Source of the DNA: Paramoeba atlantica
Lineage: Eukaryota; Protista; Discosea
DNA length: 64,000 bases
Assembly: GCA_977017575.1 (NCBI GenBank)
Contig: CDRNVI010000039.1
Span: 248,001 to 312,000, forward strand
Direction: 5' to 3'
Shown: piece after piece, positions 40,756 to 52,091 of the stretch
Layout of the letters: the number at the start of each line of letters is the position of its first letter
Position numbering within the stretch: the first letter of the stretch is position 1
Program-made: the position numbers and the translations under genes
Notes under the pieces: generated by a model
The model's input: only the letters and a program-made list of their open reading frames with translations
Databases searched by the model: none
Told to the model about the DNA's origin: nothing

Positions 40756-43700
40756 TTAACTCAATGCACAATTTTTTGATTTGTCAACTTCAAGTGAATA
40801 CCAAATTCTATACCTCGTGTGGTCCCTCGATGTCCTTATGGGATGAGATTCTTCTGCAAAATCTCTAGCATACCACCACATTCGGCAGTTATCAGAACCC
40901 TGGATCAGCCACGAGCCTAAAATGCGTCCTTCCTTCCGAAATAAGTTTTCTAAAGACTCTCTGCTTGATGATGATCCCGAAGGAAGAGCCCAGTTCGGCG
41001 GATCCCCAGGAAGGAGTTCCGAACTCCACCCAATTGAAGGATAAAATCTTTGGTTTTCAATGATGCTTATTGCTGTAGACAAAGGTAGAACGGTTCCCGA
41101 TGATGAGAAAGGTCGCTGACCGCGTTGTCTTGAGTAGCGAGAAGATTTGAGTTCCATGCGGAGTGAGCTCGCAAGGGATCCCGTTATGGTGGAAACTTCC
41201 TGAAAGAGACCGCCAACGGGCTTGGTGACAACTCCAATGAGAGATGAAAGTGAAGGTTTGCGCACGACATCGCTTACACCATGCACCATTTCTCGAAGCA
41301 AATGTTCTCCGGGTAAGACTGAATCATTGTTCCGTGAAATAGAGGGAGAGTGTGCCCCTGATCTTATCGTCGGAAGGGGAATTTCAAGACCAGCAGCCAG
41401 TGCCCTGCTTAAGTCGGATACACTTTGAAGTAAACCACCTGAGATGGAGCCAGTTAATTCTACTAAATGAGAAGGAGTTGCAATGGGTTCTTGAATTGTC
41501 GAGGCTGCGGCGTCAGAAATAGCAGAAAAAATCTGTAAGGGTACGCCAAAGACGGGTATATTTTTCATGTAATGGTAAACCGCAGCACCAAGATTACCTT
41601 GAATCGCATTTGAATATGCGAAAATCAAGCGTTGAGCAAGCCGTTTGTGATAGTCAGAAAGACCTCTTAGTTCAATACCTTCGATGCGAAGTTGCAACTC
41701 TTTCAGAGGTGGAATGCTAATCATAAAAGGAAAGCGTTCTGTTTCTTTTACATCATACTTTTCATATTGAAAGGAAAACAACACGCTCACATTCCCGATA
41801 CGAAACTCCTCGCATGCTAAACGACTAGGCAAGCAAAAGAAACAGTCATCACACTCTGTATTTTCCACTGAGTGTAGAACGTTGTGCAACTTAGCAAAGG
41901 ACACTTCAAACGACGATTCATATAATGTTGACAGAGAGCTAATTGAATCCCCACGAATTAGCTGTAACAGATAGCTGCTCATTGCGTAGACCCAATAATC
42001 CGTTAATCTCAAGGCAAAAGGAGAGAAGCACATATGAATCTTACGAAAAGTCATAGTATCTTGCCATTGCAACCAAGATCCGTCTTCCCAGAAGGCAACA
42101 AGAAATGGCGCTTTGCTTTGATTCGATGTGCACAAAATAAGATCAAAAGCAGGTTTTACTTGTAAATGGTTTTCGATAAGGATGTTACCTATATGTAATA
42201 TCCCGTGTGAACGCCTGTTAAACCAGGAAATACCATGAAACATATTTTTTAGATAAATGAGAGCATGCTCTCGAAGGAGTCGTGGATCTATTAGTGATAC
42301 TGAACCACCTTTGATCAAGTACTCGCACTTTACAGAACTTTTTTCTTCTGTAATGTGCGCGTTCTCTTCGTTTTCTCGAAGAAAGAGTACGAAGACCCCA
42401 TTTTCTTGAAGTAGTCGATAGGATACATGATGCGCATTGTTTTCACCATTGCAGCTTTCGAAAGAAGATACTGCCCCCCATTCTCGTGCAAAAGGCTTCT
42501 CCAATGGAATCTCAAAGGAGCAAGAAGAGTGAAGTACCAATGATGCAATGTTATCACATATTTCGATACGGGTAACCCTTTGCTCTCCGACAGAAAGAGT
42601 CTCCGAGCAAAACGCGTGTCCAAGAACAGTTTCTTGCAAAATATGGCCAAGTTTAAAAGACTGATTAGTCCAGTTTACTAGCCAAAGCGTCTTCCAATGC
42701 GTAATTGGTAAAATATTGACAACTTCTGTTCCAAATATTTCATTTGTTCGAGTAAAGAAAGGAGTTTTGCACAAGGTCCGTGAAATTCGATGCTGATCTT
42801 CCAGAGAAAAAGTGCGACCTTCACTGAAGGAAGCGCAACTACATTTAATTTTACAATTTTCACCGAAGTTGTGGTAAACTGGAGTGCTCGCCTTAGAGAA
42901 AAATTTAATGTGTTTCTCCGTTACTGCCCCCTTCATCGTGTAGGTGAAAGTCATATCGGAATCAGTGTAGTTACGCACAACGCGAGGGGCACTGATGTGC
43001 AAAATACGAGTCTGAGAATCTGAGACGGTTTCCAAACTGCACGTCACGTGAACTGAATCCTTCTGAGCACTCGAAAGAGCAACTACTTTTGGGACCAACA
43101 TAGACTGCACGTGAAACCAAGATGAGGAAACTTTGGAATTTAAAATGGACGCACAACATTGTAAATCATCATGATACCGCATTCCGGATATTTGCGGACG
43201 AGTTGAAAGTGCATGAAGAATATACACATGTTTTGATGACGAAGCGTGCGTTCGGAACCTTACTTGGAGAGGAAGATTCGTATGATTTAGGATAGCGAAA
43301 TCAGCGCTAAATAAGAGTTCCCTATAACCGCAATTCGCATTTACTTCATCCTTTAATTTCAGACAAACAGGAGGGCATGCTTGTGAACTCGTGCACGGTA
43401 ACGTGAGTTGGGTTGTCGCACATTGAGTGCGTAATTCGTAAAGTTCGACTTGTTCAACTTTTAGATGTAACTTCAATTCCTGAGAAGGATGAATTTCATC
43501 AATTCTGTATTTTTTTCCACTTTCCACGACAATCTCTACTGTGTTCTTGTTCTCCCACGAGTCATCGCAATGTGAAGCAACAAGTCCTTCCTCGGAAATG
43601 AAAGTAAGAGCCGGTTGTAGTGACAACAAGCTCAATCGTAATGGTACAGGAAGGCTATTCACAATGTAAATGGGTTCATAGAAAATAAGATGGGAAATAG

Positions 43701-46700
43701 CGAAGCACTCCTCATGACGATTGGTCTCCCAATTTGCAAGAAGGAACACATCACTCGTGTTTTCCCTGTGAAAGCGAAGGGTGGCGCTCCCATTCTTTTT
43801 TATTAGATTATTGCAAAAAATCACACTTTTTGACTCGCATAAAGCATTTTCGGTAGTTGAGGAACCTCCCGTATGAAGCAGAGAAGGTTGAATCTGATTC
43901 TCTAGTTGGTGAGGTATTGTAATAAACGAATTCGATGGGACAAGAATAACCGTTTTGTTAAGGACTAGTGAGTGACTAGAGCGATTCTCACATTTAATGA
44001 GTGCAGGTTTCTGCTCTGCAAGTTCATGGAGCGAATTATAGCGTTTCTTGGCATCGTCTATTGGAAAGTAATAAAGATAAATATGCATGAAACGTACCAT
44101 AATTTGATCTAAACTCCACGTGATGTAGCAGAGAAACGGGAAGTACAGCTGATAACCATTTTGACGCACGCGTATAACTTGTTTCTGATCTTTGGACCCC
44201 TCAACAGCAAAATAAATTCGATCGCTAGAGGAGCTAAGAGTTGTGTTTACTAACTGAGCAGCTTCCAGAGTAAAGGACTCGCAACGCTTTTCCGCGCTAT
44301 CTAGCTCAATAGAAAAGATATCTCTAGTATGATTCACAAGAGTGAGTTGTGAGGAGACCAATTTTCGGTTTAGTATTCGGCCCGGCAAGTTCATGAGACG
44401 GTGCCAGGTGATAGGGTTGATCACTATTGCACAATTTTCCACTTCAACTCTGTGGTATGTGCTATGAGTCTCACTTACCTTTGTATAACAAAGCTCCAAA
44501 TTTTCCAAAATTGGCTCAAGTATCCCAGTTTGATGCGAGGATGAACTGAAGTCAGTTTGTTTTAAGAGCAAGCATATATTTTTATGCTCACCTTTGATTT
44601 CTAGACTGCCAACGGTGAAGTTCAAAAGAGAGATATCTGATAAAAAAAGAGAAATATTAAGCCCTTGGACAAATACTTGAAAACGTTTTTTCGTGTTTTT
44701 AAACCATGCCCGTATCGTGGAGACGAGTTCTGTATCAAGAAATGAAGGTGAACCGTTGAACACTTCCGGGCTACGTAAATTACTTACACCCATGGACTCC
44801 AGTGTGGCGTACACATTTTCAAGGTTTAAGTTACCCCGAATTTTCGGAAGATGTAAGATAACATTGTTATTCTCTATACTACCTCGGACACATTGAGTTG
44901 ATGTCGAAAGGTCTTTGTTGCTTGAGAAACGCATCTTCCATGAAAATGACGTGTAGTCCACAGCACTAAGTGATTCCTTAGAACATTCTACTTGCATTTC
45001 AAGCATAGAAGACCAGCATTTTGGTGAACTCATCGGAAAGACAATATTAATTTTAACCTCAACGAACCCGTTAAGAGGCGACAAAAACGTTGTATCATTT
45101 GTCTCTTTGTTTAAGTCAGGTAACTTAGTTTCTTCGAATTCGTATGAGACGGAAGCTTCATCGACGTGAAGCATAGAGTGCTTACCGAGGCGCACAAAAT
45201 CGTTAATACTCGTCGCATACGGAATTTTGATTTTTCCGTTCTTGACACGCAGTCTAGTAAAATCAGGTAGAATAATCGCTTGAGTAGATGAAAACGTCCT
45301 CGAATCACGTGTGATTTCCAGTGTATGAGATGCAAGGTCAAGGACATAATCTAACAAATATTCTTCGACAATAAGTAAAACCTGGGAGGGAGATACGATA
45401 GCATTGCAGGAAAGTTGTGTTACACGATTTTCCAAAAGTAAACCCACAGTTAAGTCTGTTCGAAAGGGATTAATCTCCATGAAGCGAGTAACATCGTGTA
45501 TTAGGTGACGAAGTTCATTTAGATCAAGATAGAATTCTAGATGGTGGAGCTGCAAACGCCATTGTTTGGCAGAGTATGCTAAATGAAAACAATTGCTCGG
45601 GAATGTGCTTTGTTTATCTGCCTCCATGGAACTACCAGATGCGCAGCTTGAAAGTTGGTTGATCTCAAGGGATTCCAAAAAGTCATCGGAGCCTGTATCA
45701 CTTGATGCTCTCAACAAATGTTGAATTTCTGGGCTACCAGAAGTATAAACGACCCCTTCTTCTTCTCCTCCTCCTCCTCCTCCTCCTCCATGAACAGTAC
45801 AAAGAACAATCTTACGAATCAAAATTTCACCGTCTTGACCAGATAACGGTACCACAGAATCGATTCCTTTCGAAGCAATTAGGTCATGTAATTGGAGCTC
45901 TAAGCTATTCTTCGAGTCGCCCCCTAGCTCCATGATACAGGAAATGGCGAGAAAATGTAAGGAATATTGGTTAAGATTCATCAGAGCGGTCTGAAAAAAA
46001 TGCATAGAAAAAGAGTTTTCGTTTCTGCGTGGGGCACCGAAAGAATCGCATGGGAAAAAATTTCCGCCGATCAGCGTAGTGTATTGGTCTGAATTCAGCC
46101 TGAGAGTAATGTGAGGAAGCTGCGAAAGCCAACACCAGTGATATGCACTCGCTAAAAGAGCAGCACGCACAGGAAAGCTAAAAAGTGATTCGGTAATTAG
46201 CTTTACATTGAAGACTCCCGATGAATGCATTTGAAGGATTGGAGAGCCTAGAAGAAGTGCTTCAGCACCTGAAATCGAGACAGATGCATTTTGAGCATTT
46301 TGAGAAGCCAATTCAGATACCAAACTTTCATTGCTTTCCTCCCTCGATCGAGATAAGTCAGACCTGTTTTTCCCTCTTTCTCCAATTTCAGGAAAGTGTA
46401 AACAAAATTTACAGCACGTAAATCGCAGAAAAGGATCTTTTGAAAAAGTTTCAGATTGGAGATATGAAAGATTGGAACAAGAAAGATGCCCTTTTTTGAC
46501 ATGCCGCATAATTTCATCCGGGTTACTTTTATCGACTTCCGCTGTAAAAAAAGACAGAAAGCTTCGCCACAGAGAAGAACTGCATTCATAAAAAATCATC
46601 TGTAGAAAAACGAAATCTGCACTTAGGCGAAGAGAGGGTTGCTCTCTCCACTGTATTGATGGATTCTGAACCTCGCTTTGGAACTTGAAGCGGCGGAGGG

Positions 46701-49700
46701 TGAAGTTAGCTTTACAAAGAATATCGTGTGAGGAAGTAGACATCACAAAATCACCGATCTGGAGTGAAGAATCTGAGGCCGTGTGCCTAAAGTTAAGAAT
46801 TTTTGACAAGCCATTGTCCCAAGTGAAACGATGTTTCGAGTCGGCCAAAACAAATCTTGACGTGCGGTACAAGAATGTCGTCTTTCCCACGCGAAAATCG
46901 ACGGTCCAGCATGAATGAAAATAGGACTCGACGCCTAGGTTAGTACTCTTGGTGTCGACACTTGTACTATAAAATAAATCATTAAGAACTTCTTCGGATT
47001 GATCGCACTTTCTTAAACACAAGGCGTGATGAAAGAAGGTTTCATAAAATTCCATCAATTCGTCAATATGACCGACCTCCACCTTTCCAAGATAGACCTG
47101 AATAGTGTTTCTTGAAACTGCAGTGCATGTTCGCTCCCATTGCCAACCTGATTCTGAAAATATCAGGATGGGATCGTCCTTTGCTTTCCATTGTATAAGA
47201 AAATGATCCATAACACATTCCAAAAACGCGTCTTTCTTCTCAATTGTTTGATAAAAGTTCACGAAGGGCGCACTGTACATTTGCATATTTCTAATCGAGA
47301 TAACATAATCGTTGCACGACGCACTGCTCACATTTATAGAAACCTCTTTTAAGGATATGTTGAGCTGCATAGGGTCCCCCTCAACAGCTACGGAAACGAT
47401 ATTATCAATAAAAATTCTGGACGGTATGCTGATAAGTCTGTTCCAGGTTTCTAGTAAGACTTCACTCCGTACGGCGTGGATGACCGCAGTGTTTAATATA
47501 TCCGCGATCTCAAATTCACAAGCACCAAATTCGAGGTGTAGGGTAGGAATGTCGTTCAGCACGCCAAATTCGGTGATTCTGTGCTGTACTCCGAAGAAAC
47601 AACGCAAAAGAGGACATTTTATCAAAAACTGGGCAGCAGAAAAATCATTATTTGCACAACACTCAATCCCTTGGACTTCTATTTCGCCCGTTAACTGAGC
47701 AAGAGAACTCTGAAAGTCGTTAACGTTAGGAAATCTCTTGACAGCGGTGCAGAATTTTCGAGATTTAATACTAAGAAGAACGTTCAAAATTTCCGAACCT
47801 GAAGTAGAGCTGTGAGGCAGATCGATCACCATTTCGTCTATTTTGATCGCTAAATCGTTTTCATCATCCAAAGTTCCAGAGGAAACTCCTCCCTGAGAAG
47901 GAGAACCTTTGTCAGTGGTAGCGCATGTTATATCCACAGCTTGCTCCGAATAAAAGAGAAGAAATATGTCCCATAGCTCCTCTAAAAAGGATACCACTTT
48001 CGGTGCCAATACCATGTAAAAAGATCGCGCAAACAGATTCGTTTGAGAATGATTTCCAAAAGCTGGATCATATTTCACATCGCTTAATTTGAAATAGTCG
48101 TTACATGACTGAAGTATTATTTCGGGCTTAGAGGAAAGTAACTGAAGGCTAGATATCGACCCTGAGATAAGTTTTCTAGAATACGAAACCATAGGTTTGA
48201 CAACTAAAACCGAGTAGTTAGCTTCATGTGACGTCATTTCAGCTTCGATAGCACTAAATTCGAAAAGAAGAGTTAAGTGATCGCCAGCTCGCCTGGGAAT
48301 CGGCTTCTGAGTATCATATGTAATGTGTCCTGCCCATAAACCTATCTGCTCTCTGATCTCTATAAGATTCTTCTTTTTCAGACATATTGATAAGTTGTCT
48401 TTAAAAGTGAGAATTAAGCGCGGATCATCTTTCAACGTCTCATATGCACGTACATATTGTATCGTGAACGAAAATTTACGTAATAAACACACCTCTCCTT
48501 CGGAAAATAGGCATTTTACGGTGGCTCCGCAGACAAGCAGCGACTTGTTAGGTGATGAAGAGTCCAAATCAAGCACATGCTTTCGAGGTTGTTCGGGATT
48601 ATTGATTTCACGAATTTTCCCCATTGAAATCGAATCCATTTCCATAGTCACCCAATGTGAGAACTTGTTTAAGTTTTGACTGCGATCCGTGCACAGAATA
48701 ATTCTTGTGCTCTGGAAGAGCCCATCGAAATCAATATCGGAGTTCATTTGTTGAACCTTTGGACCTAAACAGTTCCGAATCGCGTGCTTATTACGGTCAA
48801 TCCCATGAGACGAACAATATACAAGAACATCATTCGCCCAATCAAACATACCTGGAGAAAGAATGCAACATAAATTTTTGATACACCAACTATATTTGGT
48901 ATGTACAGGAGAGGATAGCACGGAGATAAAGTGTGGGCCTCGACTATCCGATGTACTGCTCTTGAGTGAAAGAAGACTGTTAGAGACACATTTTTGAACA
49001 GGAGGATTTGTAATCTCGGAAGAATACATTATATCCTGATTAGCGACACAAGATGCCCAAATAATATTTGAGACTTCGAAGGAAAACGCTTTAAGATCAA
49101 GTCTCCAAGCAGATATCTCTTCATTATATTTTATGTCGCGTGTGAAGCCCAGCTCGCTCATTTCTATTTCCAATTGATAATTTTTATCGGATTCAATATG
49201 CACAGAAACTTCGCTCGTGATAATTTCGAACAACGATCCCGAAAACTCATCCACCGTACCATCGGATGCATTAGGTGAATTCAGATCATCTACAATATGA
49301 CGAATTTCAGCAATTTCTTCTGCGGTTGCACCATCTTGCTCAAATACTTTTTCCCCATACCACCATTCGCTCCAAGATTGTTTTCGCCCAGTGGACGACA
49401 CCTCATTGTTTAGCGGTGAGAGCAAACGGGGATCTTGTGCCGAAATTTCACGAAGAAGAATTTTGTAAACGGTTTTTCTCGAAGAGAGCACTTCTGATAG
49501 AGAGAGTTCTCTTTCCAGCAATCGGATTGTTTTCGGACGGGTAATAACATCGGGTAGAGAAAGATCCTCATTAGTTTTCTTTAGCATTCCTATAATGTGA
49601 TCACGATATACTTGCTCGTATTCTTCTTTGATTGCATTAAGGAAAATCCGTTTGTGTGCAACGTGCTTTCCTTTGAATATTAGATTTGCTGCATATTTCC

Positions 49701-50664
49701 ACCCGCTTCGCGGACATGACTCAATACACGGTCGCTGTATCGGAAGGAAGCTGTCAAGTTCCCTCCTTGGATCGCTATTACACCATGCTAACAGTTGAAG
49801 GATACATTTCCACTGACTCTTAGTGAAGGACCACCGGCATGTGTTAAGCTTCAAAGTAGCCACAGATTTACAGTGCGCTTCTCCCACATGAAGATAGCAA
49901 TCAGAGAACGCTGATGCCGAATACTTCGGAGCAACTTCTCTGAGAGATTCGAAATATGATTCTGCATCTTCCTTGAAGGATCGCTCATCTGGCATAAACA
50001 GTTTTGTTTTTTCTGGTCCTGGCCCAATAAATGACAGAATTTCGCGGAGATGTAAGACTCTTTCTGTTCCGTGACTGGTTTGGACAACGGGAATCCCTTC
50101 AGGACAAACATTAGAAGTTTTTAACCAAGATGCATGTTCGATATGAAAACCAAATACACTTCTTTCGCATTTCAAAGACACCATTACATCATAGATTTGC
50201 AACTCTATGTTTTCACGAATAGCTTGCGCGAGTCTACTAACAAAAGCCAAAGTACTTGCCACCATACCTACCCCAGAAGACTGCGTCCCAGTATTTTTTT
50301 GCGTCCTTTTTAGAAGCAGAGCAACACACTCCTCATTCATTTTCCATATGTTTTGAAGATCTCGAGCTTGACTCCAGTCATTCCCCTGTTGTACTTCTAG
50401 AACGAGACTAACTTTATTGAAAATAATACGGCAGGGCTGAGTGTATATGGCGGACCATGGAATTTGTATCGATATTTCACCAATGTAGCCATATTGAAGA
50501 GAAAAAGGTAGCCCAAACCGATCAAGAGCATCCCGTCGAAACCAAATGTTGTGCAGATGTGCCACACCGGCCCACAATGACAATTTTAAGTTATCTGCGC
50601 TTACATCCTGTATGTAATCACTAAGAATGCTTGCTAAAGCACTGGCAACGTAACGCTCCAGCAT
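40756..50664 (-). CDS. VPS13: VPS13-family lipid transfer protein with a C-terminal dysferlin (DysF) domain
   Basis: Chorein N-terminus (DNLKLSLWAG...LPFSLQYGYIGEISIQIPW), VAB-like IVNSLPVPL repeat, ATG2_C-like amphipathic region (GVVTKPVGG), and ENQRFYPSIGW...WWYARDF...RYRIW at the end. Confidence 0.92.
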   Translation of the reverse strand: MLERYVASALASILSDYIQDVSADNLKLSLWAGVAHLHNIWFRRDALDRFGLPFSLQYGYIGEISIQIPWSAIYTQPCRIIFNKVSLVLEVQQGNDWSQARDLQNIWKMNEECVALLLKRTQKNTGTQSSGVGMVASTLAFVSRLAQAIRENIELQIYDVMVSLKCERSVFGFHIEHASWLKTSNVCPEGIPVVQTSHGTERVLHLREILSFIGPGPEKTKLFMPDERSFKEDAESYFESLREVAPKYSASAFSDCYLHVGEAHCKSVATLKLNTCRWSFTKSQWKCILQLLAWCNSDPRRELDSFLPIQRPCIESCPRSGWKYAANLIFKGKHVAHKRIFLNAIKEEYEQVYRDHIIGMLKKTNEDLSLPDVITRPKTIRLLERELSLSEVLSSRKTVYKILLREISAQDPRLLSPLNNEVSSTGRKQSWSEWWYGEKVFEQDGATAEEIAEIRHIVDDLNSPNASDGTVDEFSGSLFEIITSEVSVHIESDKNYQLEIEMSELGFTRDIKYNEEISAWRLDLKAFSFEVSNIIWASCVANQDIMYSSEITNPPVQKCVSNSLLSLKSSTSDSRGPHFISVLSSPVHTKYSWCIKNLCCILSPGMFDWANDVLVYCSSHGIDRNKHAIRNCLGPKVQQMNSDIDFDGLFQSTRIILCTDRSQNLNKFSHWVTMEMDSISMGKIREINNPEQPRKHVLDLDSSSPNKSLLVCGATVKCLFSEGEVCLLRKFSFTIQYVRAYETLKDDPRLILTFKDNLSICLKKKNLIEIREQIGLWAGHITYDTQKPIPRRAGDHLTLLFEFSAIEAEMTSHEANYSVLVVKPMVSYSRKLISGSISSLQLLSSKPEIILQSCNDYFKLSDVKYDPAFGNHSQTNLFARSFYMVLAPKVVSFLEELWDIFLLFYSEQAVDITCATTDKGSPSQGGVSSGTLDDENDLAIKIDEMVIDLPHSSTSGSEILNVLLSIKSRKFCTAVKRFPNVNDFQSSLAQLTGEIEVQGIECCANNDFSAAQFLIKCPLLRCFFGVQHRITEFGVLNDIPTLHLEFGACEFEIADILNTAVIHAVRSEVLLETWNRLISIPSRIFIDNIVSVAVEGDPMQLNISLKEVSINVSSASCNDYVISIRNMQMYSAPFVNFYQTIEKKDAFLECVMDHFLIQWKAKDDPILIFSESGWQWERTCTAVSRNTIQVYLGKVEVGHIDELMEFYETFFHHALCLRKCDQSEEVLNDLFYSTSVDTKSTNLGVESYFHSCWTVDFRVGKTTFLYRTSRFVLADSKHRFTWDNGLSKILNFRHTASDSSLQIGDFVMSTSSHDILCKANFTLRRFKFQSEVQNPSIQWREQPSLRLSADFVFLQMIFYECSSSLWRSFLSFFTAEVDKSNPDEIMRHVKKGHLSCSNLSYLQSETFSKDPFLRFTCCKFCLHFPEIGERGKNRSDLSRSREESNESLVSELASQNAQNASVSISGAEALLLGSPILQMHSSGVFNVKLITESLFSFPVRAALLASAYHWCWLSQLPHITLRLNSDQYTTLIGGNFFPCDSFGAPRRNENSFSMHFFQTALMNLNQYSLHFLAISCIMELGGDSKNSLELQLHDLIASKGIDSVVPLSGQDGEILIRKIVLCTVHGGGGGGGGEEEGVVYTSGSPEIQHLLRASSDTGSDDFLESLEINQLSSCASGSSMEADKQSTFPSNCFHLAYSAKQWRLQLHHLEFYLDLNELRHLIHDVTRFMEINPFRTDLTVGLLLENRVTQLSCNAIVSPSQVLLIVEEYLLDYVLDLASHTLEITRDSRTFSSTQAIILPDFTRLRVKNGKIKIPYATSINDFVRLGKHSMLHVDEASVSYEFEETKLPDLNKETNDTTFLSPLNGFVEVKINIVFPMSSPKCWSSMLEMQVECSKESLSAVDYTSFSWKMRFSSNKDLSTSTQCVRGSIENNNVILHLPKIRGNLNLENVYATLESMGVSNLRSPEVFNGSPSFLDTELVSTIRAWFKNTKKRFQVFVQGLNISLFLSDISLLNFTVGSLEIKGEHKNICLLLKQTDFSSSSHQTGILEPILENLELCYTKVSETHSTYHRVEVENCAIVINPITWHRLMNLPGRILNRKLVSSQLTLVNHTRDIFSIELDSAEKRCESFTLEAAQLVNTTLSSSSDRIYFAVEGSKDQKQVIRVRQNGYQLYFPFLCYITWSLDQIMVRFMHIYLYYFPIDDAKKRYNSLHELAEQKPALIKCENRSSHSLVLNKTVILVPSNSFITIPHQLENQIQPSLLHTGGSSTTENALCESKSVIFCNNLIKKNGSATLRFHRENTSDVFLLANWETNRHEECFAISHLIFYEPIYIVNSLPVPLRLSLLSLQPALTFISEEGLVASHCDDSWENKNTVEIVVESGKKYRIDEIHPSQELKLHLKVEQVELYELRTQCATTQLTLPCTSSQACPPVCLKLKDEVNANCGYRELLFSADFAILNHTNLPLQVRFRTHASSSKHVYILHALSTRPQISGMRYHDDLQCCASILNSKVSSSWFHVQSMLVPKVVALSSAQKDSVHVTCSLETVSDSQTRILHISAPRVVRNYTDSDMTFTYTMKGAVTEKHIKFFSKASTPVYHNFGENCKIKCSCASFSEGRTFSLEDQHRISRTLCKTPFFTRTNEIFGTEVVNILPITHWKTLWLVNWTNQSFKLGHILQETVLGHAFCSETLSVGEQRVTRIEICDNIASLVLHSSCSFEIPLEKPFAREWGAVSSFESCNGENNAHHVSYRLLQENGVFVLFLRENEENAHITEEKSSVKCEYLIKGGSVSLIDPRLLREHALIYLKNMFHGISWFNRRSHGILHIGNILIENHLQVKPAFDLILCTSNQSKAPFLVAFWEDGSWLQWQDTMTFRKIHMCFSPFALRLTDYWVYAMSSYLLQLIRGDSISSLSTLYESSFEVSFAKLHNVLHSVENTECDDCFFCLPSRLACEEFRIGNVSVLFSFQYEKYDVKETERFPFMISIPPLKELQLRIEGIELRGLSDYHKRLAQRLIFAYSNAIQGNLGAAVYHYMKNIPVFGVPLQIFSAISDAAASTIQEPIATPSHLVELTGSISGGLLQSVSDLSRALAAGLEIPLPTIRSGAHSPSISRNNDSVLPGEHLLREMVHGVSDVVRKPSLSSLIGVVTKPVGGLFQEVSTITGSLASSLRMELKSSRYSRQRGQRPFSSSGTVLPLSTAISIIENQRFYPSIGWSSELLPGDPPNWALPSGSSSSRESLENLFRKEGRILGSWLIQGSDNCRMWWYARDFAEESHPIRTSRDHTRYRIWYSLEVDKSKNCALS

Positions 50665-51186
50665 TGTGGACTAGAATTCCTGAATGACACGCGCAGAATT
50701 ACGTGATTACTAGGCAAAATATTGCGCTTCATGTGATAATCGTACATGACATGAAATATTACATGGAAAACAATTCTGCATTGCTTAAAACAGTTTTGCA
50801 AATGGGCTATTGAATACGTGGATATTCATTTCTCTAAACGGAAATATAGACTATAATAAATTTATGATCGGTTCACCATACAAATTTGAATTCTCAGTAT
50901 AAATTTTACAGTAGTTTACACTCTTTTTGTTGTTATAAAGTTATTTATTTATGAGAAAATTGTATCCGTTTTTAGCCCAATAATAATGTGTGTCGCGCTT
51001 ACATTGTGTCGATTAGGGAACTGCAACTGCACTCGCTATGAGACTTTACTTTTGCTATAAGACACTTGAGACAGCCAAAAAATTAAATTCGTTCTCCGTC
51101 ACCAGTGAAATTCATACACGTTTAGTCCTTTCATCTAAAAATGTGAAAAAGAACTTCACTCGTCCACTTGCGCTCAATCATTCACC

Positions 51187-51978
51187 TTATGCAGTGTCCC
51201 CCTTTAATGTCGCTTCAAGAGTTCCATTTCGATCCAGTTCCAAAATAATATCGCACCCCCCGATCAGCTCCCCCTTCACATAAAGCTGTGGGTACGTGGG
51301 CCAGTTGCTGTACGTTTTAAGTCCGTCCAAAACTTCTGAGTCGCTCATAATATCAAATGAGTCATACGGAACGCCGGTGCGATTCAACACCTCACACACC
51401 CGAGCAGTAAACCCACACCTAGGCTGCGAAGGAGTTCCAGTTAGAAAGATCATCACTGGGCTACGGTGTATTAAGTTTTTCAGACGTTCCTCCAGTGGTT
51501 GGTCCGCATCGGGGCATTGATAGACCCGATGAACCGTACTCTCGATCTCGGGTATATTTGCACCTTGGACGTCACACACGTATTTTCCTTTTCGGAAGAA
51601 CACGACATGGGGTACGGTATGAATGTTCATCGCAGTGGAGACGTCCTCGTTTACCTCTCCGTCAATCGTCGCAAAGGTGACCAGCGGGAATCGCTGACAC
51701 TTGACCCAAGACTCCAACTCGGTGTTTAATTGCTTGCACGGCGCGCACCATTCCGCCGCGAAGTGTACCACAAGAAAGTTTCGACTCGCGCGTGCTGCCT
51801 CAAACTGTGCGCGATTCAAAATTTGAAGCATCACAAACAAAAAGGGATACGAGTGTGAAGTACTAGAATATATTTTGTGAGCGTATAAAGAAAAATGCGG
51901 CGTGATAATACTGGAAAAGAAGCAAGTAAGCGTACAAGAAAAAAAAACTAGAACATTAAAAATGCTAAAATGGGCCAT
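51187..51978 (-). CDS. Thioredoxin-fused monothiol glutaredoxin, Grx3/PICOT type (likely start ATG at 51831)
   Basis: WCAPC Trx domain, then GTPSQPRCGFT, WPTYPQLYVKGELIGGCD. Confidence 0.95.
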   Translation of the reverse strand: MAHFSIFNVLVFFSCTLTCFFSSIITPHFSLYAHKIYSSTSHSYPFLFVMLQILNRAQFEAARASRNFLVVHFAAEWCAPCKQLNTELESWVKCQRFPLVTFATIDGEVNEDVSTAMNIHTVPHVVFFRKGKYVCDVQGANIPEIESTVHRVYQCPDADQPLEERLKNLIHRSPVMIFLTGTPSQPRCGFTARVCEVLNRTGVPYDSFDIMSDSEVLDGLKTYSNWPTYPQLYVKGELIGGCDIILELDRNGTLEATLKGDTA

Positions 51979-52091
51979 TCTTCAAAGTAAAACTTATCCT
52001 ACCATAAATACCCTATAAAAAATCCATTTCTATTCTTTCCCTCCTACACTCTATTTCTTTCCACCATACACCCGCAAGCCAGCCCCCCCCT

